A stretch of 64,000 nucleotides of DNA from Felis catus (taxonomy: Eukaryota): NCBI RefSeq assembly GCF_018350175.1, contig NC_058368.1, positions 86,430,001 through 86,494,000 on the forward strand, written 5' to 3'. Both the position numbers and the translations under genes were made by a program. The notes under the pieces were generated by a model. It had not been told where the DNA came from. It worked only from the letters and a program-made list of their open reading frames with translations, and ran no database searches. Below are positions 12,188-25,899 of the stretch, piece after piece (position 1 is the stretch's first letter; each line of letters starts with the position of its first letter).

Positions 12188-13132
12188 ATGCCTCCAATAG
12201 TGACAAATCTCACAGTTGTGACAGAATTTATCCTCATGGGATTTTCTACCAATGAAAATATACACATTTTGCAGTTAGTGCTCTTCTTTTTGATTTATTT
12301 CTGTGCTCTGATGGGGAATGTCCTCATTATTATGGTCACAACTTTGGATAAGAATCTCCACACCCCCATGTACTACTTCTTGAATAATTTATCCTTTTGG
12401 GATCTCTGCCTAATTTCAATCACTATTCCCAAATCCATTGCCAACTCTTTGTCTCACAATAACTCCATCTCATTCATTGGCTGTGTTGCCCAGGCCTTTC
12501 TGGTAGTTTTTTCAGCAACCACAGAACTGCATCTCCTGACAGCAATGTGCTTTGACCGCTATGCTGCCATATGCCATCCCCTGCACTATGAAATTATCAT
12601 GAACAAAGACATGTGTGTTCACTTGACAGTCGCATCTTGGCTGGGTGGGGGTTTGATTGCTTTGATGCACACAGTTGGTACCTTCTCCTTATCCTACTGT
12701 GGATCTAACATAGTCCATCAGTTCTTTTGTGACATCCCCCAATTATTGGCTATATCTTGCTCAGAAAATTTAACAAGAGAAATTGTACCTATTATCATTA
12801 GTGTGGTTTTGGACATCTGTTGTTTTATTTACATCATCATTTCCTATGTGAACATCTTTTCCACTGTCAAGAAGATTCCATCAACAGAAGGTCAGTCAAA
12901 AGCCTACTGCACTTGCCTTCCACATCTGGTGGTAGTTATATTATTTCTCTTCACTGGCATCTTTGCTTATCTGAAGCCAACTTCAGGGATTCCTTCTATT
13001 TCTGACCTTTTAATTTCTATGTTCTGCACTATGGTGCCCCCAACCGTTAATCCTATTATATACAGTCTAAGAAATAATGTCATGAAAATGTCATTGGGGA
13101 GGTTGCTAAAAATAATATTCACCAAAAATTAA
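12188..13132 (+). CDS. OR14A16: Olfactory receptor, family 14 (OR14A16-like), intact 314-aa single-exon 7TM GPCR
   Basis: Uninterrupted ORF with OR motifs: N-glycosylation site NLT, GN in TM1, LHTPMYYFL, MCFDRYAAICHPLHY, HQFFCDIPQLL, KAYCTCLPHL, PTVNPIIYSLRN. Closely resembles human OR14A16 as recalled (NLT..VTEFILMGFSTN, KKIPSTEGQSKAY). Exact orthology not verified. Confidence 0.93.
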   Translation: MPPIVTNLTVVTEFILMGFSTNENIHILQLVLFFLIYFCALMGNVLIIMVTTLDKNLHTPMYYFLNNLSFWDLCLISITIPKSIANSLSHNNSISFIGCVAQAFLVVFSATTELHLLTAMCFDRYAAICHPLHYEIIMNKDMCVHLTVASWLGGGLIALMHTVGTFSLSYCGSNIVHQFFCDIPQLLAISCSENLTREIVPIIISVVLDICCFIYIIISYVNIFSTVKKIPSTEGQSKAYCTCLPHLVVVILFLFTGIFAYLKPTSGIPSISDLLISMFCTMVPPTVNPIIYSLRNNVMKMSLGRLLKIIFTKN

Positions 13133-13214
13133 AAATTATTCCTTTTTTAATGTTCAATAATACTTATGATCTACAATTTTACACACATTATTTCTTAGTA
13201 TTTTTGCCTCAAAT

Positions 13215-13970
13215 TTTTCTAGAGCACTTTTAGGATTAAAAACATTAAAAGAAAGTACAGAAAATTTCCATATAACCACTGCATAGACTTCCACGGTAAC
13301 AATATAATTCACTAGGATCATAGTTTTTTGTTTGTTTGTATTATTTATTTATTTATTTATTTATTTATTATTTATTTATATTTTTTTTTATTTTTTTTAA
13401 ACAAAGACATACCTACATTGAAACCTCATGATTATCCAAAGCCTATAGTTTACATTAGGGATTCTCTTAGTGCTTTACATCTATGGTTTGGACAAATACA
13501 TAATTAAATATATTCATCACTGTAATGTAACATAGAGCATTTCACTACTCCAAAACTCCTCTGTGCTCTACCCATGATTTTCCCCTTAGATTACCCCAGG
13601 TATCCACTGATCTTTTAACTATCTGCATATTCTTGGCTTTCCCAGAATGTCACATAGTGGGAATCATACAATATACAATCTGTTCAGATTGGCTACTCTA
13701 ATTTAGTTACTATGCATTTAAGTTTCCTCCATGTGATTTTGTAGCTAAATAACTCATTTCCTTTTATTGCTGTGTAATATCTCATTGTTTTCCTGTACTG
13801 CAATTATTTATCCACTCACCTACTACAGGACATCTTGGTTTCCTCCAGATTTTGGCAACTAACAATAAAGCTACTATAACCCTCCTTGTGCAGTTTTATT
13901 TGTGTACATACATTTCCTTTGGATAAATACAAAGGAGCATGATTGTGAGATTATATGGTAAAATTATATT
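13215..13970 (-). mobile_element. Old L1MC/MD-type 3' end
   Basis: agagcacttttagg...gaaagtacagaaaatttccatata, tttcccagaatgtcacatagtgggaatcatac. Confidence 0.7.
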
Positions 13971-13971
13971 G

Positions 13972-14890
13972 CTTTTTTAAAATTTTAATTCTAGTATACT
14001 TGACATAACATGCTATATTAGTTTCAGATGTACAATATAGTGAATCAATAATTCCATGTATAGCTCAGCACTTAATGCAAGTGCCTGCCTTAATCTGCAT
14101 CACCTATTTCACCCATCATCCCACCTACCTCCCCTCTGGTAGCCATCAGTTTGTGCTTATAGTTAATAATATGTTGCTTTTTTTTTCTCTTTTTTTCTCT
14201 TTGCTTAGTTTTTGGTTTCTTAAGTTTCACATAGTAGTGAAATCATATGGTATTTGTCTTTCTCAGACTGACTTATTTCACTTGGCATCATACACTTTTT
14301 CTTAATTCATGTCTTTGCAAAAGGAAAGATTTCATACTTTTTGTGGTGGAATATTATTATATGTATACACACACACACACACACCACTTCTTCTTTATCC
14401 ATTGATCTATTGATAAACATGTGGGCTGCTTCCATAACTTGGCTATTGTAAATAACACTACAATATGCATAGGGTTGTATATATCTCTTTGAATTGTGTT
14501 TTTTGTATCTTTAGGGTAAATATTCCAACATTGAAATTACTGAATTATAGGGTAGTTCTGTTTTTAATATTTGAGGAATGGCCATACTATTTTCTGCAGT
14601 GGCTACACCAGTTTACCACCAACAAAGCAAGATGCTTTCTTTCTCTCCACATCCTCACTAATGCTTGTTTCTGTTTCTGTTTTGTTTTCTTTTGTTTTGC
14701 CATTCTGACAGGTGTGAGATGATATCTCATTATACTTTTAATATGCATTTCCCTGATGATGAGTGATGTTGAGCATCTTTTCATGTGTCTATTGGCTATC
14801 TCAAAGTCGTCAGGGTTAACAGAAAGGGATGTCTGTTCATGTCACCTGTCCATCTTTAATTGGATTATTTTTTTCTTGGAGTTGTGTTAT

Positions 14891-14926
<36 letters not shown>

Positions 14927-17528
14927 GCTAACCCTTTATCAGTTATGTTATGTACAAATATCTTCTATTCCTTAGGTTGCCTTTAGCTTTATTGTCTCCT
15001 TCACTGTTCAGAATTTTGATGGTGTCCCAATAGTTTATTTTTGCTTTTATTTCCCTTGCCTCCAGAGACATACCTAGAAAAATTTTGCTATGGCAGATGT
15101 AGGAGACATTATTGTCTGTGTTCTTTTCTAGGATTTTTATGCACTAAGGTTTCATATTTAGGTTTTTAATGAATTTTGAGTTTATATTTTTGTATATGGT
15201 GTAAGAAAGTGGTCCAGTTTCATTCTTTTGAATGAAGCTGTCTAGTTTTACCAGACCCTTTGTTCAAGAGACTATCTTTATTTTCCCATTGAATATCCAT
15301 TTCTCCTTTGGCAATGAGTAATTGACCATATAATTGTGAGTTTATTTCTAAATGTTCTATTTTGTCTATCGATATGTCTATTTTTGTACCACTATCATAC
15401 TGTTTTTATTACTACAACTTTGTAATATAATTTGAAGACCAAAATCGTCACCTCCACTTTGCTTTTCTTTTTCAAGATTGTTTTGGCTATTCAAAGTCTT
15501 TTGTGGTTTTATATAAATTTTAGAATTGTTTGTTCTAGTTTAGTGAAAAAATGCTCTTGTTATTTTGATAAGGATTCCATTAAATATATAGATTGCTTTG
15601 GGTAGTATGGACCCTTTGTATGGACAATATTTATTCTTTAAATCTATAAGCCTGTATTATCTTTCCATTTCTTTGTGTCATCTTTAATTTAATTAATAGT
15701 CTTTTATAGTTTTCAGAGTATTCAAAGTATAAATCTTTCATGAAGTTTATTTCTAGGTATGCTATTGTTTTTGGTACGGATTTAAGTGGCATTGTTGTCT
15801 TAATTTCTCTGTTGCTTCATTATTGATGTATAGAAATGCAATATATTTCTTTGCATTGATTTTGTATGCTATGAAGTTACTGAATCCACTTATCAGCTTT
15901 AGTAGATTTTTGGTGAAGACTTCAGCGTTTTCTATATATAGTATCATGTCATCTACAAATAGTGAGTTTTACATCTTCCTTACCAATCCAGATTGCTTTT
16001 ATTCCTTTTTGCTGTCTGATTGCTGTGGCTAGGACTTCCAGTACTGTGTTGAGTAAAAGTGGGAGAGTGGACATCCTTGTCTTATTCCTGACATAAGTGA
16101 AAAGTTTTCCATGCTCCCAATTGAGCATGATGCTCACTTCATGTTTTTCATAGATAGCCTTTTTTTGTGTTGAGGTATGTAACCTCTCTCCCTACTTTGT
16201 TGAGGGTTTTTGTCATTAATGGGTATTGTGCTTTGTCAAATGCTTTTGCTGCATCTATTGAGATGATCACACAGTTCTTATCCTTTCTTTTATTAATGTA
16301 GTGTATCATGTTGACTGATTTGCAAATATTGAACCACGTTTGCAACCCAAGAACAAGTCCCATTTGATGGCGGTGAATTATTCTTTTAACACATAGTTGG
16401 ACTCAGTTTGCTAGTATTGTATTGAAAATATTTGCATTCATGTTCTTCAGGGATATTAGCTGATAACTGTCTTTTTAGTGGTATATTTATCTCGTTTTCC
16501 TGAGGAAAATGCTGGCCTCATAGAATGAATTTAGAAGTTTTCCTACTTGGGACACCTGAGTGGCTCAGGTTAAGTGTCGGACTTCAGCTCAGGTCATGAT
16601 TTCATGGTTTGTGAGTTCAAGCCCCATGTTGGGCTCTGTGGTGACAGCCTGGTGACAGCCTGCTTTGGATTCTGTGTTTCTGTCTTTTTTCCCCTTCCCC
16701 ACTTATTCTCTCTCTCTCTCTCTCTCTCAAATAAATAAACAATAAAAATTAAAAAGAGGTTTTTCTCTTTTTTTTTTCTTGTCATTTTGGTCTAGTTTGA
16801 GAATAATAGGTATTAACTATTCTTTAAATATTTTGTAGACTTCACCTTGAAGCCACCTGGCCCTTGATTTTTGTTTTTTGAACGGTTTTTGATTACTGAT
16901 TCAATAATTTTGCTGGCAATCAATCCGTTGAGTTTTCTGCTTACTCTTGTTTCAGTTTTGGTTGTTTATATGTTTCTACTAACATATCCATTTCTTACAG
17001 GTTCTTCAATTTGTTGGCATATTTTTTTTTTATAATTTTCTCTTATAATTGTTTGTATTTCTGTGTCATCGATTGCTTTTTCTCCTCTCTTATTTATGAT
17101 TTTATTCATTTGGGTCCTTCCTCTTTTTTTTGGATAAGTTTGGCTACAAGTTTACCAATTTTATTAATTTTCAAAAAACAGCTCCTGGTTTCACTGGTAC
17201 GTTTGTTTGTTTGTTTTTTAGTTTCTATATCCCTGATTTTTGCTCTAAACTTTTTATTATTTCATCCTGTCTGCTGGCTTTAGGCTTAATTTGTTATTCT
17301 TTCTGTAGTTTCTTTTGGTGTAAGGTGAGTTTGTTTATTTGAGATTTTTCTTGCTTTTAAGATAGGCCTGTACTGCTATATGCTATTGTCTTATTACCAA
17401 TCTGCTGCATCCCAAATGTTTTTGACTGTTGTGCTTTCATTCTAATTTGTTTCCATGTATTTTTAACTTTTTTTTTTACTTCTGATTTATCTGTTCATTG
17501 TTTAGTGGTATGTTGTTTAATCTCCATG
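13972..17528 (-). mobile_element. 5'-truncated carnivore LINE-1 (3' UTR and ORF2)
   Basis: ORF2 remnants [18 protein letters not shown] motif [39 protein letters not shown]. Confidence 0.9.
16549..16754 (+). mobile_element. Can-SINE in L1, with internal 11-bp duplication ggtgacagcct
   Basis: gggacacctgagtggctcag head, (CT)n tract, A-rich tail. Confidence 0.9.
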
Positions 17529-17740
17529 AAAAGATGCTCAACATCTCTTATCATCAATTGAATGTAAATGAAAACCACAATATAATATCACTGCACAAAT
17601 TTTTCCATATATAGATGAGAGTATGCTATATTTGTTTTTTGTTTCTTACTTGTTTCACTTCACATGATGTCTCCAGGTTCATCTATTTTGTCACATATAA
17701 AAAATTTTTCTTCTCTTTTTTAAGGCCAAATGATATTTCA

Positions 17741-17788
<48 letters not shown>

Positions 17789-18084
17789 TTTACACATTTT
17801 CTTTATTAATTCTTCTGTCATTGGACACTTGGATTGTTTTAAAAACTTCTCTGTGGGGAATAATTATACAATTACAATTGAATAAAAATATTTCCAAAAT
17901 GTGGTGATTTTATTTCACCTAGGTATATACCCAAGAGTGGAAATTTAGATCATATAGCAGTTCTACTTTTACATTTCTGAGGAAACTCAATAATGTTTTT
18001 CATAATGATTGTTCAAATTTCCATTCACACACCAGGACACAAGTTTTTCCTTTTCTCCACTTTCCCATCAAAATGTGTTATCAT

Positions 18085-18935
18085 TTTTTTAATTAAGATT
18101 TTATTTTAATTACAATATAGATAACAGGTAGTGCTATATTACTTTCAGGTGTACAGTATAGTGATTCAACAATTCTATACATTAGTGCTCATCATGATAA
18201 GTGTGCTCTTTAATCCCCATCACCCATTTCACCCATCTCCCAACCCAACTGCACTCTGGTAACCATAGTTTGTTCTCTATAGTTAAGAGTCTGTTTCTTG
18301 ATTTGTCTCTCTTTTTTTTTTCTTTCTTTGCTTGCTTGATTTGTTTATTAAATTACACATGTGAGTGAAATCATGTGGAATTTGTCTTTCTCTGACTGAC
18401 CTATTTCACTTAGCATTATACTCTTTAGCTCCATTCATATCCTTGCAAGAGGCAAGATTTCATTATTTTTTATGGCTGAATAATATTCCATTGTGTATAT
18501 ATGCCACTTCTTTATCCACTCATCTATCTATGGACACTTGGGCTGCTTCCATGATTTGGCTGTTGTAAATAATACTGCAATAAACCTAGGGGTACATGTA
18601 TCCATTTGAATTAATGTTTTTGTATTTTGAGGGTAAATACCCTATAGTAAAATAACTAGATCATGAGATAGTTCTATTTTTAACTTTTTGAGGAAACTCC
18701 ATACCTTTTTTTTTTCCAGTGGCTGCACCAGCTTGCATTCCCACAGTGCATCAAGGTTCCCTTTTCCCATATCCTCAACACTTGTTTCTTGTGTTCTTCA
18801 TTTTAGGCATTCTGACAGGTTTGATACATCCTTTGATTTGCATTTCTCTGATGATAAGTGATGTTTAGTGTCTTGTCATGTGTCTGTTATCCTTCTGAAT
18901 GTCTTCTTTGGAGAAATATCTCTTCATATCTTTTG
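18085..18935 (-). mobile_element. Short 5'-truncated carnivore L1 (3' end)
   Basis: T-tail then 3' UTR nearly the same as 13972-14800. Confidence 0.85.
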
Positions 18936-19320
18936 TTATTTGAATAACAGCCAACTAACAGGTGTGAGGTAACATCCCATTTTTTTTCTTTTATTTGTAT
19001 TTATCTGATTATTAATGATATAGAGAATCCTTCAAAACACCCAATATGTCTTTTTTTTTGCAAAGATATCTAAAAAATTCCTTTGTTCATTAAAAATATT
19101 TGTTATTCACAACTCCTGAGTTGCATAAGTTACTTGTGTATTTTGCATGTTAGGCCTTTATCAGATATGATTTGCATATGAGTTGAATTTTGTGAACTAT
19201 ATAAGGAACTCATTTCATTACTTTGTATGAGTATATCCATTTTTCCCAACATTTATTGAAGAGGCCATCTTTTCCCCATTATGTATTCTTTGTAACTTTG
19301 CTTAAAATTAGTTTTCCACA

Positions 19321-19520
19321 GGGATGCCTAGGTGGCTCAGTTGGTTAAGTGCCCGAATTTGGCTCAGGTCATGATCTCATGGTTCATGAATTTCAGTGCC
19401 CTGTAGGACTCTGCTTACAGCTCAGAGCCTGGAGCCTGCTTTGGATTTGGTGTCTCCCTCTCTCTGCCTCTCCCCAACTCACGGAATCTCTCTCACAAAA
19501 ATAAACATTTAAACGTTTAA
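19321..19520 (+). mobile_element. Can-SINE
   Basis: gggatgcctaggtggctcag head; A-rich tail. Confidence 0.9.
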
Positions 19521-19891
19521 AAAATAATTTTCATATATGCATGAGTTTATTTCTAGGATCTATTCTGTTCCATTTATTTATATACCTATTTTTATGAATC
19601 ATACTATTTAATTACTACAACTTTGTAATAAAAATTCAAATCAAGAGGATGATGTCTATGATATTGCTCCTCTTTAAATTGATTTGACTTTTCAATGTTT
19701 TTTCTGGTATGGTAAGAAATTAAGATTTTTTTTTTCTGTGAAAACTTGTACTTACATTGGAATTGCATTGAATCTATAGTTTTTTTTTTTTTTTGGATTG
19801 TATAGATATTCTTCCATTTTTTATTAGTATGTTCTAGTGTTCAGTATGCAGACATTTTATCTCCTTGTTCAAGTTTTTTCTCCTAAGTATT

Positions 19892-20120
19892 TGATTTATT
19901 TTTTTTTAAGTTTTTAAAATCTATTTTGAGAGAGAGGTGGGTGGGGGAAGGTAGTCAGTGCAGGAGGAGCAGAGAGAAGGAGAGAAAGGGAATCCCAAGC
20001 AGACTCCACAATGTCAGTGTTGAGCCCAATGCAGGGGCTTGAACCTCTGAACTGTGAGATCATGACCTGGGCTGAAATCAAGAATCTGACCCTTAACTCA
20101 TTGAGCCACCCGGGTGTCCC
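19892..20120 (-). mobile_element. Can-SINE
   Basis: Reverse-complement head gagccacccgggtgtccc; T-tail. Confidence 0.9.
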
Positions 20121-20612
20121 TAAATAGCTTTTTTAATTTATATTTTGGATAATCTTTTTTAATGTATACTATAGATCTTTGTGTGCTGATTTTGTATTCT
20201 ACTTAAAATTATTTATTAGTTGTAATAGTTTTGTCCTGGAACATAAGGATATACATATCTACCACCTGAAAACAGAAACAGTTTTACTTCAAGTTGGATA
20301 TCTTCTCTTTTACAGTTGTTCTGGTTGGACTACTTGGATTTCTACTACTATGTTGAATCGAAGTGATAAGTTTGGACACCCTCACCTTTGTCTTGAAATT
20401 AGAGGACTATCTTTCAGTTTTTAAACATTGAGTGTGATGTTATCCATGGAAATGTCATACATGACTTTCATTGCATTCAAGTACATTTCTTCTATACCTA
20501 ATCATAAAGAAATGTTAGCATAGAAAGACTTTCATTTTGCCAAATGCTTTTCTGAATCTTTTGAAATGAATATATATGTAATTATTCTTTTTCTCTTTTT
20601 TAGCAATAAAAA

Positions 20613-20709
20613 TATTTTTTAGTAAAATCTACACTCAACATTAGGCTCAAACCCACAACTCTGAGATCAAGGGTTGCATGCTTTTTCAACTGAACCAGCC
20701 CCACACCCC
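20613..20709 (-). mobile_element. Short old Can-SINE (tRNA head only)
   Basis: ggctcaaacccacaactctgagatcaagggttgcatgc...ctgaaccagccccacacccc; lacks the (CT)n tract. Confidence 0.65.
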
Positions 20710-23333
20710 TATCATTTATTTTCTTAATGTGTCATATCACATTAATTGATTTCTATATGTTGAACATTATTGCTTCCCAGTAATAAATCCCCAGTGATCA
20801 TCGTGTATGATCATTTTAATGGGTGTAGAATTTAGTTTAATAGTATTTTGCTGAGGATTTTGGTATCAGTGTTCATCACAGATTATGGCCTATAGTCTTT
20901 ATTTCTTGTAGTGTATTTTTCTAACATTGGTATCAGTATAAAGTTGGATTCACACAATGAGTTTGGAAGTGTTTCCTCTTCAATTTTTTGTGAGAGTTTA
21001 AGAAAAATTACTAATAATTATAAGTTTTTAAAATTTTTGGTAGAATTTACTAATGAAAACACCTGGTCTTGGATATTTCTTGGAGATTTTTACTACTGCT
21101 TCTATTTCCTTACATATTATTGGTTTTTTGAGAATTTTACAATTTTTTCTTATGAATCAGTTTTAGTAGTCTGCATGTTACTAGGAAGTAATCCATTTCT
21201 TTTAATTTGTCCAAATTGATGGCATGATCCTTTACGTATTTGTATATTTCTAGTAATATCTTCTTGTTAATTTCTGATCTATTCATTTGAGTTTTCTCTA
21301 TTTTTATCTTCGTCTAGCTAATGGTTTGTCAGTTTGGTTAATATTTTAAAACCATCTCTTACATTTATTATTATTTACATTTTCTGTTTTCTATTTCATT
21401 TATTTCTGAATTGATCTCTCTTATTTCCTTACCTCCAACAACTTTGGCCTTACTTTGTTCTTTTTATAACTTCTTAAGGTGTACATTTGGTTCTTTATTA
21501 GAATATTCTTTTTTATCTTAGTGTAGGCTTTTATTCCATTAGTATTATTTAATAGAACCCCTTTGCTACATCCTATAAATTTTGATATGCTGTGTTTTTG
21601 TTTTCATTTTCTCATTTACTTACTTCCCTTTTAATTTATTTGAGTCATTGGTTCTTCATTCATGAGTTGTTTTCTTTTCACTTATGTAAATTGTTTTAGT
21701 TATCCACCTGCTACTGATTTTTATATTGTTTGTTGGAAATTGTGCTGGGTATGATTTCAGTCTCCTTAAATTGTTAAGACTTGTTTTGTGGCCTAACACA
21801 TGATGTATCCTGGAGATTGTTCTGTGTGAACATCACAGAAATGTGTATTCTGCTGTATTAAATAGAATGTATTGCAAATATGGGTTGGTCTAATGGGTAT
21901 TTGAAGTCCAATAATCCTTATTGATTGCCATTTTATTTTTGCTTGATTTAGTCATTTTTGAAAGTGGGGTATTAAAGACTCGTGTTTTGATGCCTTGTCT
22001 CAGTTGAAATCTTTTAATATTTCATTTATATATTTAGTGATCCATGTTAGGGGCATTTAAATTTTCAATTGTTATGTACAATTGATAAATTGACTATTTC
22101 ATCATTATATAATGATTTTTGTATTCTATAACAGTTTTTGATCGAAAGTGTCTATTGTCTAATATAACAATGGCAACTATTTACTTATTTATTTATTTGC
22201 TAAACATATTTGTTTTTAATCTAGATCCAAGTTAGTTAACATATAGGGTAGTATTACTGGATTCGGAAGTAGAATCCAGTAATTAATCACTTACATATAA
22301 CACCCAGCGCTTATCCCAACAAGTGCCCTCCTTTATTCCCATCACCCATTTACCCCATCCCTCCACCCACCTCCCCTCCAGAAACCCGAAGTTTGTTTTC
22401 TGTATTTAAAAGTCACTTATGGCTTGCCTCCCTCTCTGTTTTTCTTTTATTTTTGTTTCTCTTCCCATATGTTCATCTATTTTGTTTCTTAAATTCCACA
22501 TATGAGTGAGATCATATATTTATCTTTGTCTGACTTCTTTCGCTTAGCATAATACCTTTAGTACCATCCACATTGATGAAAATGGCAAGATTTCATTCTT
22601 TCAGATTGCCAAATAATATTCTATGGTATTATATATACACACCACATCTTCTTTATCCATTCACTAATTGATGGACATTTGGGCTGTTTCATAATTAGCT
22701 ATTGTTGAAAGCACTGCTGTAAACATTGGGGTGCCTGTGCCCCTCCTAATCAACATTTTTGTATCCTTAGGATAAATACCGAGTAGTAAAACTGCTAGTT
22801 CGTAAGGTAGTTCTATTTTTAACTTTTTGTGGAACCCCCATACTGTTTGCAGAGTGGCTGCACCAGTTTGCATTCACACCAGCAGTACAAAAGTGTTCCC
22901 CTTTCTCTGCATTGTCACCAACATCTGTTGTTTCCTGAGTTGTTAATTTTAATGATCCTGACAGGTGTGAGGTGGTATCTCATTGTGGTTTTGATTTATA
23001 TTTCCTGATTATGAATAATTTGAGAATCTTCTCTTGTGTCTGTTAGCCATCTAACTTGGAAAAGTGTCTATTTATGTCTTCTGTCCATTTCTTCACTAGA
23101 TTACTTTTTGGGTGTTGTGTTTAATATGTTCTTTATAGATTTTGGTTACTAACCTTTTATGATATATGTCATTTGCAAATATCTTTTCTTATTCTTTCAG
23201 TTGCCTTTTAGTTTTGTTGATCATTTCCTTTGCTTTGCAGAAGTTTTTTTATCTTGATGAGGTCCCAATAGTTCATTTCTGCTTTTGCTTCTCTTGCCCC
23301 AGAGGCGTGTCTAGTAAGAACCCACTGCAGCCA

Positions 23334-23549
23334 GGGGTGCTTGGGTGGCTCAGTCGATTAAGTGTCCAACTTTGACGTAGGTCATGATCTCACAGCTTGT
23401 GGGTTCGAACCCCACGTCCAGCTCTGTGCTGACAGCTTAGAGTCTGGAGCCTGCTATGGATTCTGCTTCTCCCTCTCTCTTTCTGCCTCTCCCCCACTCA
23501 CACTCTGTCTCTCTCTCTGTCCTTCAAAAATAAATAAACATTAAAAGAA
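23334..23549 (+). mobile_element. Can-SINE
   Basis: TSD aagaacccactgcagcca/aagaaccagctgcatcca. Confidence 0.92.
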
Positions 23550-23634
23550 AAGAACCAGCTGCATCCAAAGTCAAAGAATTTGCTGTTCTCTCCTCTAGAA
23601 TATTTATGGTTTGCTGTTTTACATTTAGGTCTTT

Positions 23635-23828
23635 TTATCATGTTTATTTTTGAGAGAGAGAGAGCATGAGCAGAAGGTGGGGAGGGAAAGAAAGAGAGGA
23701 GAACAGAAGATCCAAAGCAGGCTCCATGCTAACAGCAGAGATCCCAATGTGGGGCTTGAACTCACAAACCATGAGACAATGACCTGAACCAAAGTCCAAC
23801 GTTTAACTGACTGAGCCAACCACACTCC
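23635..23828 (-). mobile_element. Can-SINE
   Basis: TSD acatttaggtcttt (23621-23634, 23831-23844). Confidence 0.92.
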
Positions 23829-25798
23829 TCACATTTAGGTCTTTCGTCCATTTTGAATTTATTTTTGTATATGGTGAAAGAAAATGGTCCAGTTTGATTC
23901 TTCTGCATGTCACTGTCCAGTTTTCCCAGCACCATTTGCTGAAGAAACTGTATTTTTACCAAATGATATTCTTTCCTGCTTTGTCAAAGTTTAGTTGGCC
24001 ATACATCTGTTGGTCCCTTTCTGGGTTCTCTATTCTGTTCCATTGATCTATGTTTCTGTTTTCGTGACAGTAGCATACTGTCTTGTTGATTACAGATTTT
24101 AAAATATAGCTTGAAGTCTGGATTTGTGATGCTTCCAGCTTTGCTTTTCTTTTGCAGGATTATTTTGGTCATTTGGGGTCTTTTCTGGTTCCAGGAAAAT
24201 TTTAGAATTGTTTGTTCTAGCTCTGTGAAGAATGATGGTGTTATTTTGATAGAGATTACATTGAATGTGGAGATTGCTGTGGGTATTGTGGATATTTTAG
24301 TAGTTTGTTCTTCCAGTCCATCAGTATGGAGTGTTTTTATTTGTGTCTTCATAAAATTTTTTTACAAGATTTCTGTAGTTTTCACCTACATGTATTTTAA
24401 CTCTTTGGTTAGGTTTATTCCTAGATATTTTATGGTTTGTGGTGCAATTGTAAATGGGATTGATTCTTTGATTTCTCTTCGTGCTGCTTTCAGTATTGGT
24501 GTATAGAAATGCGCCTGATTTCAATTTGTTGGGTTTATATCTTGTGACTGCTGATTCATTTGTCTGTGTATCTATCTTACTATCTATCTATTGCTTTCAT
24601 TATTTTAGAATATCCTATTCAATTATTTCAGTTTCAGTCTATGTAAGCAGTTACGTCTGAGTCTTTTATACATAATATAGAGGTGGTCTTATTTTTGTTG
24701 TTGTAACCTTTTAGCCACTGTCTTTTGATTGGAAAATGTATTGCATTTACATGTAAAAAATTAATGATATTCAAAGACTTCTTATTGCCAGTTTACTACG
24801 TGTTTTCTGGCTGTTGTGCAGATCATTTGTTCTTTTATTTGCCTTTTACTGAATTCCTTTGTGATTTGATGCTTTTCTGTAGTTTTATGCTCTGCTACCC
24901 TTCTCTTAAGCATTTATGTGTCTGGTATAAGATTTTCCTTTGTGATTACAAAAAGCTTTGCATAAAATATCTTAGAGTTACAACAGTCCATTTTAAATTT
25001 AAAATTTAATCTCATCATATGCAAAAACTTTGCATTTTTACTTTCCTTCAAACATTTTATGCTTTTAATATGTCTATTTACATACATTTATATTTTACAT
25101 TCCTTAATAAATTATTAAAGTATAGTTATTTTAATACTTTGTCTTTTAACATTTATTCTACAGTTAATAGTGATTTACACACCATGATTACAGCATTAGA
25201 GTATTCTGAATCTGTCTGCATATTTACCAGTGCATTTTACATATTCATATGTACAGTTACATTAATACTTAGTGTCCTAAAATTTTTAAATAATTTTAAG
25301 TTTTTAATTTTTTTAACTTTTTATTTTAATTACATTTAGTTAATATAGAGGGTTATATTAGTGTCTTTTCATTTTAATTTGAAGAGTTCCTTTAGCATTT
25401 CTTATAATTCAGTCTCAGTGGTGATGGCATCTCTCAGACTTCCTTGTCCAGAAAGTCATTATTTCTCCCTTATTTCTAAATGACTCTTTTGATGGGTAAA
25501 ATATTCTTTTTTGGCAGGTTTTCTTCATTTAATCTGTGGAGTCTGTCATCCCACAATTCATGGTCTTTAAGGTTTCTGCTGGGAAATACACTATAGATAG
25601 CCTTATGGGGATTTCTCTGCATGTGGCAAGCTCCTTTCTCTTGCTGTTTTATTTTATTTTTTTAATTTTTGACAATTGATTATAATGTGCTTCAGTGAAG
25701 TCTTATTTCGTCTGAATGTGTTGGGGACATTTATCACTCATTTATCTAGATATCTACTTATCTTCCCCATTCTGGGAGTTTTCAGTCATTTTATTTTT

Positions 25799-25866
25799 GG
25801 GTTTTCAATGTTTATATATTTTTGAGAGAGAGAAAGAGAGACAGTGCACGAGTGGAAAAGGGGCAC

Positions 25867-25899
<33 letters not shown>

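Larger units (their letters stand above)
22180..24560 (-). mobile_element. 5'-truncated carnivore LINE-1
   Basis: ORF2 remnants [22 protein letters not shown] and [20 protein letters not shown]. Confidence 0.9.
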
